From positions 5,442,794-5,506,793 of the forward strand of contig AP018280.1 of the NCBI GenBank assembly GCA_004296455.1: a stretch of 64,000 nucleotides of DNA. Direction: 5' to 3'. This stretch comes from Calothrix sp. NIES-4101. GTDB lineage: Bacteria; Cyanobacteriota; Cyanobacteriia; Cyanobacteriales; Nostocaceae. Below are positions 1 to 9,652 of the stretch, in pieces. The translations under genes and the position numbers were made by a program. Position 1 is the first letter of the stretch. Every line of letters begins with the position of its first letter. Under the pieces are notes generated by a model. That model saw only the letters and a program-made list of their open reading frames with translations. It was not told the DNA's origin and did no database searches.

Positions 1-249
1 TGATTTTGGGATTTTTTATAGTTTTACTTTACTTATACCTGTTATTTTCTCGCAGAAAAACAGTACAGAGAAAGTTGTATAAAATACAAAGATATCAAGT
101 TAGTTTGAGTCAAAAAAAACCAAGTTTTGAATAATTGTTATGAGGTTCTATCGAATTATTGTTGATCTGAATTTGTCTGGCTCATGAAAAAACCCGGTTT
201 TCTGAGTAAACCGGGTGTCCTATTAGTATTTGAGATGTCGATTCAAAAT

Positions 250-1647
<1,398 letters not shown>

Positions 1648-1814
1648 TCAAAATAGGGATTGTAGTCATGGTTATTTGTGATTTGGTAATAAGCAAAGAA
1701 AAATTACCTTTGATTTTTTTTCCTCACTCCAGCCTTCACAACATCCTCAAACTTTGGGATTAATCTGCAATATAGTAAAGTCACCACCTCATCAAAGGGT
1801 AAAGAGAGATAAAA

Positions 1815-2447
1815 ATGACTCAACAAAAATTTAACCCATATCTTTCGCTGGTAGAAATTCCACCTGGTTACCTGAATATTATGGGTTATGTAGATGCATC
1901 GGAAGTAAATGGTCCTGGTTCCCGTGCTGTTGTTTGGGTACAGGGTTGTATGCGCGAATGCCCAGGTTGTTTTAATGAAGAATCCTGGAGTTTTGAAATT
2001 AACCAACTTATCTCCATTGACAACCTAGCCGAAAATATCCTTGCTGACAGCCGTAATCAAGGAGTAACATTTTCTGGAGGAGAACCCTTCTGGCAAGCAC
2101 CAGCACTAGCACAACTTGCTCGTCAAGTTAAAGCCGCAGGACTAACTGTCATGTCATTTAGTGGCTTTACTTTAGAACAACTACAATCCGATTATGCCCC
2201 AGCTGGCGCAAAAGACTTGTTAGCAGAACTTGATATTTTAATTGATGGTGCTTATGTTGAGTCTCTAGCTATAAATACCCCTGATTCTCCCGTTTCTTCT
2301 AGTAACCAACGAGTACATATTTTTAATCCCGCTTTACAAGACCAAATTAACTGGGCTAGCGACCAAATCGAAGTTCACATATTCAAAGATGGTAGCCGCT
2401 TGATTACAGGCTATCGTGGGGGCTTGGAGTTAACAGTTGGGGAATAA
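1815..2447 (+). CDS. Radical-SAM activating enzyme of the NrdG/QueE-like family.
   Basis: The protein has a CxxxCxxC cluster (GCMRECPGC) at the N-terminus, a GGEP motif and is 210 aa long. An SD-like GAGAGA lies upstream. Confidence 0.55.
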   Translation: MTQQKFNPYLSLVEIPPGYLNIMGYVDASEVNGPGSRAVVWVQGCMRECPGCFNEESWSFEINQLISIDNLAENILADSRNQGVTFSGGEPFWQAPALAQLARQVKAAGLTVMSFSGFTLEQLQSDYAPAGAKDLLAELDILIDGAYVESLAINTPDSPVSSSNQRVHIFNPALQDQINWASDQIEVHIFKDGSRLITGYRGGLELTVGE

Positions 2448-2449
2448 TA

Positions 2450-2530
2450 GGGAGGGAGTGTGGAGATGTGGGGATTTTTGGATGTGGGGATGTGGAGACA
2501 ATGAGACGCGGGGACGTGGGGATGAAGATG
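2450..2530. repeat. G-rich short tandem repeat block (GTGGGGA/GAGACGCGGGGA units). It belongs to the same family as the block at 7571-7764.
   Basis: Direct inspection shows gtggagatgtggggatttttggatgtggggatgtggagacaatgagacgcggggacgtgggga in the convergent intergenic space. Confidence 0.6.
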
Positions 2531-2608
2531 TATATATGAAGGAAAATTTTATTTTTTCTCCCTATCTCCCCATACTTCTCTACTTTTCGCAAATTCCCCG
2601 ATTTCGAC

Positions 2609-3379
2609 TTACGATGTTGCGACTTGATTTAAATCTGCTGGTGTCAGATTTGAATGTACAACTTGTCCATCTCTAAACCAAACAATGCGTCTGGTTTGAC
2701 GGGCGACTTCGGGTTCGTGTGTCACCATGATTACAGTGATGCCACTCGCGTTAAGTTCTGTAAAAATATCTAAGACTTCTTGGGTGGTGCGGGAGTCTAA
2801 TGCTCCTGTAGGTTCGTCTGCGAGGATGAGTACGGGACGGTTGACAATCGATCGCGCGATCGCGACTCTTTGTTGTTGTCCTCCTGATAGTTGGTTAGGT
2901 TTGTTGTTGAGGCGATTTTCTAAGCCAACTTTGATTAATGCTTCGGTTGCTCTTTCTCGACGTTCACTGTTAGGAATACCTGCGTAAACCATTGGTAACA
3001 TGACGTTTTCGAGAGCTGTTAGTTGTTGTAATAAATGAAATTGTTGGAAGACAAATCCAATTTTTTTGTTGCGGATATGTGCCAGTTCGTTATCTTCCAT
3101 TTGGGCGACATCAAGGCTATCTAAATAGTAATGTCCCGAACTGGGTCGATCTAAACAGCCAATAATATTCATTGCTGTTGATTTGCCAGAACCTGATGGT
3201 CCCATAATTGAGCAATATTCACCTTCTTCAATGATTAAATTAACCTCACTGAGGGCGCGCACTTCAGTTTCTCCAACTCCATAGATTTTGAAGATATTTT
3301 CGAGACGAATAATTGTTTTTTGGGGAATTGGTGAGTGAGAATCACGGACTGGGGAAGATGCAATCATTGACTTTTCCAT
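2609..3379 (-). CDS. ABC transporter ATP-binding protein of the DevA/MacB type.
   Basis: Walker A GPSGSGKST, the LSGGQQQRVAIAR signature and Walker B ILADEPTGALD are present. It is the last gene of a devBCA-like operon. Confidence 0.85.
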   Translation of the reverse strand: MEKSMIASSPVRDSHSPIPQKTIIRLENIFKIYGVGETEVRALSEVNLIIEEGEYCSIMGPSGSGKSTAMNIIGCLDRPSSGHYYLDSLDVAQMEDNELAHIRNKKIGFVFQQFHLLQQLTALENVMLPMVYAGIPNSERRERATEALIKVGLENRLNNKPNQLSGGQQQRVAIARSIVNRPVLILADEPTGALDSRTTQEVLDIFTELNASGITVIMVTHEPEVARQTRRIVWFRDGQVVHSNLTPADLNQVATS

Positions 3380-3571
3380 TATTACTTTAAGTTATTAAAT
3401 TAAATTTATTGTTATCATTAGTTCGAGCAATTATGCTGATGATATTCTTATTCACAATCCTTCAGATAAAATCTGGATTTATTCATCAGCGATAAGCTGT
3501 TTTTGTTTTTGTTTTTGTTTTGAGCTACAGCTATTGCTAATATAACAACCTCAACAACCTTTAATTTGAAA

Positions 3572-4789
3572 TTAGATACTTCTCAAGGCGACAATTGGGT
3601 CAAGTTTTGCTGCACGACGGGCAGGAAAGACACCAAAAAATAAACCGATACCACCAGAAATACCAACAGCAGACGCGATCGCAATTGGCGAAATTGCGGC
3701 TTCTAAGGGTGTTAATGCTCCCACTAATACAATTCCCGAAACACCAATGGCAGCACCCACTAAACCACCCGCAGCCGAAACAATGACAGCCTCAATTGTA
3801 AATTGCCAGAGAATATCTTGTTGAGTTGCCCCAATCGCTTTTCTTAAACCGATTTCATGGGTACGTTCGGTGACGGAAACTAGCATAATATTCATAATGC
3901 CAATACCACCCACAAATAGAGAAATTGCTGCGATCGCTGCTAACATGATTGTCAATGCACCAGTAATTTGTCCGACGGTACTTAATGCATCTTTTTGAGT
4001 GCGGAGAGTAAAGTCATCTTCGTTGGTAATTTTGTGGCGCAAACGCAATAAATTAGTAATTTGAAATACGGCGGCATCAACACTTTTGCCATCACGAGCG
4101 GAAGCCGAAATATAATCTAAAGCGATGCCATAGGGTGAGTTTTTCCCAACTAGACGATTGGCAGAAGTCGTCAGGGGAATTAATACTGCACTATCATAAT
4201 CAGCGCCAACACTGGAGCCTTTTTCGGTGAGGACACCAATTACTTCAAATTTAGAATCTTTAATGCGGATTTGTTGCCCGATCGCATTATTTGTACCAAA
4301 AAATTTGTTAGCGAATTTACTACCCAAGACCACAACTTGGTTATTCCGCTTCATATCAATATCGCTAAAAAAGCGTCCTTTTGCTGTGGCAAAATCGCGC
4401 ACTTTCAAAAAGCCTGGAGTTGTCCCAATCACGTTGACATCAGTGTTGCGACTTTTGAACGCAACTCTTTGCCTGCGGTTTAATTCTGGTGCTACTCCGG
4501 CTACTGTTGGGACTTGAGATGCGATCGCCTCTGCATCTGCCAAAACTAAATTCCTGGGAACTTCAAAAGAAATTCGCTGGGTTTCTTCGTTTCCTGGCAA
4601 TACAAATAATACATTTGGCCCCAAGGATTCTAATTGCTTGGAAACATATTTTTGCCCAGCTTCACCAATCCCAATCATGGCAATTACTGACGCATTCCCA
4701 ATCACAATTCCTAACATTGTCAGGGCACTACGTAAGCGATTTGAAAGCAGGGTTGTCCCCGCCATTTTCATACTTTCAATTATGTTCAT
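3572..4789 (-). CDS. ABC transporter permease of the FtsX/MacB family (DevC-like).
   Basis: It has an N-terminal TM helix, a large periplasmic domain and C-terminal FtsX-type TM helices. It sits between the membrane-fusion gene and the ATPase gene. Confidence 0.8.
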   Translation of the reverse strand: MNIIESMKMAGTTLLSNRLRSALTMLGIVIGNASVIAMIGIGEAGQKYVSKQLESLGPNVLFVLPGNEETQRISFEVPRNLVLADAEAIASQVPTVAGVAPELNRRQRVAFKSRNTDVNVIGTTPGFLKVRDFATAKGRFFSDIDMKRNNQVVVLGSKFANKFFGTNNAIGQQIRIKDSKFEVIGVLTEKGSSVGADYDSAVLIPLTTSANRLVGKNSPYGIALDYISASARDGKSVDAAVFQITNLLRLRHKITNEDDFTLRTQKDALSTVGQITGALTIMLAAIAAISLFVGGIGIMNIMLVSVTERTHEIGLRKAIGATQQDILWQFTIEAVIVSAAGGLVGAAIGVSGIVLVGALTPLEAAISPIAIASAVGISGGIGLFFGVFPARRAAKLDPIVALRSI

Positions 4790-4912
4790 AGTTTGCCACT
4801 CTCCCCATCTCTCAATCTCCTCCTGATTTATACCGTTTCTCTACAATCTGGCAAAAATCAATCTCCGTGTCTCCTAGTCCCCACATCTTCGCGTCCTTGT
4901 GGAGAATTGGTA

Positions 4913-6460
4913 TTATTGATCTTTCTTCTCTTGTGCTTTCTGTTTTTGATATTCAGGAGGAGGATTTAAGAAAATGCGATCGCCTTGTTTGAGTCCTTCA
5001 ACAACTTGAATTTGATCTTTGATTTGCGAACCAATGGTAATGGAACGGAATTGCGGTTGATTTTCAGCATTGGGGACTAATACCCCAGTATTTCCTTTCT
5101 CGGTGACAATGGCGACTGTAGGTACTAATAACGCATTGGCGACATCATCCCCTAAAAATGTCAAATCAACATTTAAACCCGATCGCAATTTATCTTCGCC
5201 TGTAACAATTTTGACTCTGACTTGAAATAACGTTACCCCTTCTTCCTTGACTGCCTCCGGTGCAATTAACCGCACTTGTCCTTTAAAAACTTGGTCAGGG
5301 TAGGCATCACTAACAATCTCAACCTCCTGTCCTGTCTTAATTCTGCCGATATCTGCTTCCGGAACACTCGCTAATATTTCTAAACCCTGCACCAAGGCAA
5401 CTAGGGAACTTGAAGTTGCCGAAGCAGAAGCACTGGCGGAGGTTGTTGGTGTTACAAAAGCTCCAACATTGGCATATTTCTGAGTAATAATCCCAGAAAA
5501 GGGAGCGCGAATAATTGAATCTTCCAAAGTAACTAATTCTGCCTGAAGTTGAGCTTGGGCAGCAGCAACAGCAGCTTGACGCTGGGCTATTTCTTCAGGA
5601 CGGGAACCGCTTTCCATGAGTTGAAAAGAAGCTCTCGCCTCCGCCACAGCAGCTTGACGCTGGGCTATTTCCTCCGAACGAGTACCACTTTGTTGTAAGG
5701 ATAATCGCTTTTGAGCTTCCCGCAGACTGGCTTTGGCGGCATTATCTTCACTCAAAGCTTGATCGAGTAATTGTTTTCTTTCCGCGCCTTGATCAACTAA
5801 ATAACGATAGCGCTTCACTTGTTCACTGGTGTAATTTGCCTTCGCGGCGGCAGCATCTACCTGCGCTTGTGCTTGGGCAATTTCCTGAGGACGATTCCCC
5901 GCACGGGCTGCTGCCAATTGTGCCTCAGCTTGTGCTAACCGCGATCGCGTTTGGGCAATTTCCTGGGGACGATTCCCCGCACGGGCTTGATTTAACTGGG
6001 CTTGTGCCTGGGCGAGATTTGCACGTGCTTGTTGCACACGCGCTTGAATATCATCGCTATTCATCCGGGCAATAATTTGTCCCTTTTCTACTCTGTCTCC
6101 CTGTTCGACATATAGCTGGGAAACAATACCAGAATTTTTGGGGCTAATATTTACACTCTGAATTGGTGAGACTTTACCGCTAGCTGTAATGCGTAAAGTG
6201 ACATTTTGTGCTGCCACTGGAACCGTTTGCTGGGCGATATCCTCTTGACGCATCCCTTTATTGGTGAGAGTGTGGGTTGCGATCGCACCAGCCATAAATA
6301 CACTAGCCGCAATTAACCCCAAAAGCCAACGTGATGGGGGTTTTATCTTTTTACTAATAACTGGAATGTCAATATATGTTGCCATAGACGCATCTAGATT
6401 CTGTATATTATTACTGATTAATGTTTCCCGGTTAGTAGTTAAGAGTGATTTGAGCAACAA
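4913..6460 (-). CDS. HlyD-family membrane fusion protein (DevB-like) with an internal coiled-coil repeat region.
   Basis: It has an N-terminal TM anchor, a biotinyl-lipoyl-like beta domain and long Q/A-rich coiled-coil repeats (NRPQEIAQ..). It is the first gene of the devBCA-type operon. Confidence 0.8.
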   Translation of the reverse strand: MLLKSLLTTNRETLISNNIQNLDASMATYIDIPVISKKIKPPSRWLLGLIAASVFMAGAIATHTLTNKGMRQEDIAQQTVPVAAQNVTLRITASGKVSPIQSVNISPKNSGIVSQLYVEQGDRVEKGQIIARMNSDDIQARVQQARANLAQAQAQLNQARAGNRPQEIAQTRSRLAQAEAQLAAARAGNRPQEIAQAQAQVDAAAAKANYTSEQVKRYRYLVDQGAERKQLLDQALSEDNAAKASLREAQKRLSLQQSGTRSEEIAQRQAAVAEARASFQLMESGSRPEEIAQRQAAVAAAQAQLQAELVTLEDSIIRAPFSGIITQKYANVGAFVTPTTSASASASATSSSLVALVQGLEILASVPEADIGRIKTGQEVEIVSDAYPDQVFKGQVRLIAPEAVKEEGVTLFQVRVKIVTGEDKLRSGLNVDLTFLGDDVANALLVPTVAIVTEKGNTGVLVPNAENQPQFRSITIGSQIKDQIQVVEGLKQGDRIFLNPPPEYQKQKAQEKKDQ

Positions 6461-6675
6461 CTAACCATAATCTAAATTTATAAATATTTGCTTAATCTTT
6501 TTTAATACTACTCACTCAGTCTGCTACTGACTTCACCTAAGCGGGTGAGTTTTGTCATACCATAAGAGCCAGTCCCAGTATTCCCACTTTCCCCATCCTG
6601 CGATTCCCTATTCCTCGTATCATAGGAAATATAAGAAAAGTCGCGAAAACTTAACAGCATAATTCCAAGCATAAT

Positions 6676-7539
6676 ATGGGCAGTATTTGGGAACTCGATT
6701 TTTACTCGCGTCCGATTTTGGACGAAAATCAGAAAAAGGTTTGGGAAGTGGTGATTTGCGAAAGCCCCTCGGATGTAAGCACTAATCCTGATTCTCTGTT
6801 TCGCTTTACCAAGTACTGTCCCAGTACAGAGGTAAATTCGGTGTGGTTGCGAACAGCCATCGAAGAAGCGATCGCCAAAGTGGGGGAATCTCCCAGCCGT
6901 GTGCGCTTCTTTCGCCGGCAAATGAATAATATGATTACTAAAGCCTGCGAAGACGCAGGTATTGCCGCACAACCCAGTCGCCGAATTTTGGTACTGCATA
7001 ATTGGCTCGGAGAACGGATGGAACAAGTGTATCCAAAAGAACCTGGTTATCAAGGTGGGACAAATCCATCTGTACGTCTGGATGCACCGATACCGCAGCG
7101 TTTACCCGATGCCTTAGAAAGTGAAAAATGGGGATTTGTCACTTTAAGTGCTAGTGATTTTACTGATATGCCGGAGTGGGATATTAGCTTTGGTGAAGGG
7201 TTTCCGTTAGAGATGATGGGAATTACTGGAGATATGCCAATACCAGGTGTGTTGTTGTTCTCATCTAGGGCATTACCTTTAGCAGCTTGGATATCGGGTT
7301 TGGAGTTAGCGAGTTTGAGATTTGATGAAAGTCAAGGTGGCAGACTGGTATTAGAAACTGGTGCAACTGAAAGCTGGATTTTGGCAAATATTCGTAATCC
7401 CAGCATGAAAAATGAAGCGATGGGATTTAACGAGGCAAAGCAAAAAGTAAACGGAGTACATTTTATTGGCATCCAGTCAAGTCCAGAATCAGAATCTTTT
7501 GCGGGATTTTGGCTTTTGCAAGATGTCATTCTGCCGTAA
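6676..7539 (+). CDS. Tab2/ATAB2-family RNA-binding protein (DUF1092).
   Basis: The N-terminal WELDFYSRPILDE motif is characteristic of Tab2 homologues in cyanobacteria and chloroplasts. It is 287 aa. Confidence 0.65.
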   Translation: MGSIWELDFYSRPILDENQKKVWEVVICESPSDVSTNPDSLFRFTKYCPSTEVNSVWLRTAIEEAIAKVGESPSRVRFFRRQMNNMITKACEDAGIAAQPSRRILVLHNWLGERMEQVYPKEPGYQGGTNPSVRLDAPIPQRLPDALESEKWGFVTLSASDFTDMPEWDISFGEGFPLEMMGITGDMPIPGVLLFSSRALPLAAWISGLELASLRFDESQGGRLVLETGATESWILANIRNPSMKNEAMGFNEAKQKVNGVHFIGIQSSPESESFAGFWLLQDVILP

Positions 7540-7570
7540 AGTTGTTTGGGGGAATAGGAAAAGGAATCAG

Positions 7571-7764
7571 GAGACATGGGGACTAAGAGACGCGGGGATT
7601 AAGAGACACGGGGATTGAGAGACATGGGGACTAAGAGACACGGGGATTAAGAGATACGGGGACTAAGAGACGAGATATAGAAAATCTTTCTCCCCTCTCT
7701 CCCCCCTCTCCCCATCCCCCCGTCCCCCCCTCTCCCCATCCTCTCCCCCTCTCCCTCTCCCCTC
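7571..7764. repeat. Six copies of a 16-nt tandem repeat GACAYGGGGAYTRAGA, followed directly by a complementary CT-rich (TCCCC/CTCTCC) block.
   Basis: Seen directly in the sequence. The two halves are roughly reverse-complementary (GGGGA vs TCCCC) and could fold into a long imperfect hairpin. Confidence 0.75.
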
Positions 7765-7791
7765 AGTTCAAGTCCACAGCCAGCTACTATC

Positions 7792-9102
7792 ATGGGGTTT
7801 TATCAATCACCACTTTCATTGCTTGCCGAACAACTCTTAGAACTTGCCATCAAGTTTGGAGCGGAGGCGGCGGAAGTGTATCAGTCGCGATCGCATTCGC
7901 AACCTGTTTTTTTTGAAGCGAACCGACTCAAGCAAATCGAAACCAGTCAGGCAGAAGGTACAGTTCTACGATTGTGGCGCAATGGCTGTCCGGGACTTTC
8001 GGTAGCATATGGTTCAGTCGAACCACAGGCAATGGTGGAACGAGCATTGGCTTTAAGTCAACTCAATCCACCTGAAGCGATCGAACTCAGCAGTTCTCAA
8101 ACCTCTGTTTATCCCGATGTCGGCAAACATGTCCCTTTAGAACAATTAGTGGCTTGGGGAAAAGGAGCGATCGCTCAAATTCGCAATGTTTATCCGGAAG
8201 CAATGTGTAATGGTGATTGGGAATGCGATGTGGAAACTACTCGCCTGATCAATACTAAGGGTTTGGATTGTCATTACACAGATACAACACTTAGTTGTTA
8301 TCTAGCTGCGGAATGGGTACGCGGTGACGATTTTTTAAGCGTTGCTGATGGACAAACTCAACGTAATTACTTACAACCGGAAAAGCTTGCACAGCAAATT
8401 ATACAGCGTTTGCATTGGGCGCAGGAAAATGTCATTCCTCCTAGCGGGCGCGTTCCAGTTTTATTTACTTCCAAAGCGGCGGATATGCTGTGGGGAACTG
8501 TACAAGCTGCATTGAATGGTAAGCGGATTCTGGAAAAAGCTTCACCTTGGGCAGAAAGAATTAATACACCCGTAATTTCATCTAGTTTGACTTTATATCA
8601 AGACCCGGTTCAGGGGCCATTTAGTTGTCCATTTGATGATGAAGGGACACCAACTAGGCAATTAGTTTTTATTCGAGATGGGATACTGGAAAATTTTTAT
8701 TGCGATCGCGCTACCGGGCGTAGTTTAGGTCTATGTACTACAGGTAATGGTTTTCGCCCCGGTTTAAGTAGTTACCCAACCCCTGGATTATTTAATTTTC
8801 TGATTCAGCCAGGAAAAACACCGCTCAAATCTTTAATTTCTCAACTTGATGATGGTTTAATAGTTGACCAAATGTTAGGTGGTGGTAGCGGTATTTCGGG
8901 CGATTTTTCGATCAATATTGATTTGGGTTATCGGGTCAAAAATGGTGAGGTGCAAGGGCGAGTTAAAGATACGATGCTTGCTGGTAATGTTTATTCTGTT
9001 TTGAAACAATTAGTCGCCTTGGGGGATGATGCAGACTGGAATGGTTCCTGTTACACACCTTCGCTGATAGTTGAAGGGCTTTCTATTACTAGCAAACATT
9101 AA
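7792..9102 (+). CDS. TldD/PmbA-family metalloprotease (peptidase U62).
   Basis: The 436-aa protein has family-typical N- and C-terminal regions (GxxxD..GGG SGISGDF..). Confidence 0.75.
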   Translation: MGFYQSPLSLLAEQLLELAIKFGAEAAEVYQSRSHSQPVFFEANRLKQIETSQAEGTVLRLWRNGCPGLSVAYGSVEPQAMVERALALSQLNPPEAIELSSSQTSVYPDVGKHVPLEQLVAWGKGAIAQIRNVYPEAMCNGDWECDVETTRLINTKGLDCHYTDTTLSCYLAAEWVRGDDFLSVADGQTQRNYLQPEKLAQQIIQRLHWAQENVIPPSGRVPVLFTSKAADMLWGTVQAALNGKRILEKASPWAERINTPVISSSLTLYQDPVQGPFSCPFDDEGTPTRQLVFIRDGILENFYCDRATGRSLGLCTTGNGFRPGLSSYPTPGLFNFLIQPGKTPLKSLISQLDDGLIVDQMLGGGSGISGDFSINIDLGYRVKNGEVQGRVKDTMLAGNVYSVLKQLVALGDDADWNGSCYTPSLIVEGLSITSKH

Positions 9103-9652
9103 CTCATGCTCCGACTGAGGCTGTCATAAAGGGGCGCTGTGATGGGGAGACAAGGGGACGCAAAGAAAAACTAATGAGCAATATTTAGCCGGACTTGATA
9201 TGAGTTTATTTTCGGGGCACAAAACTCTGCGTCCTGAATGAATATCCTCAAGTTGCCATGTCAATCATTACTTTTGTGACTCAATCAGCTACCGACTTCC
9301 ATCAGGCAAAAATAGTTCCAATATTTGTATCAGTTTCTTACTCTTTTCCAGCAGGTAACCATCAAATATTACGATTGACTAGCAAATCATAGTCCAGTCA
9401 AGCATTTTATTCCTTATGATTTGTAAGAAAGTCGGGTTTAGAGGCTGGTAGAGGCATAGCTTCTCCATAGCAGTAAAGATGTTTGTCAAGATTCAAAAGT
9501 CAAGACTCAAGATTAGGGTTGAACAAAACATTTGCCCTAATTTTGAGTTGCAATTTTTGTTAAATTAGCATTCTCAATTCTGACTTTTGCTTTCTGATTC
9601 CTGACTGAATAATTGCAAGTTTTATTCTTCATTCATTCAATATTCAATATAT

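Noticed and set aside
2404-2676. Short ORFs inside the G-rich repeat block.
   Set aside because: Their low-complexity translation (PTSPHP.., GDVGM..) is generated by tandem repeats. They lie in the convergent intergenic space.
6508-7053. 181-aa minus-strand ORF.
   Set aside because: It lies antisense to, and almost entirely inside, the Tab2-family gene and its upstream region. It has no motifs, so it is a spurious open frame.
9103-9652. Fluoride (crcB-motif) riboswitch upstream of the ClC gene.
   Set aside because: I could not find the conserved GGnGAUG...CUGAUG...CCUAC elements. The channel is a large eukaryote-like ClC with CBS domains, not a ClC-F.
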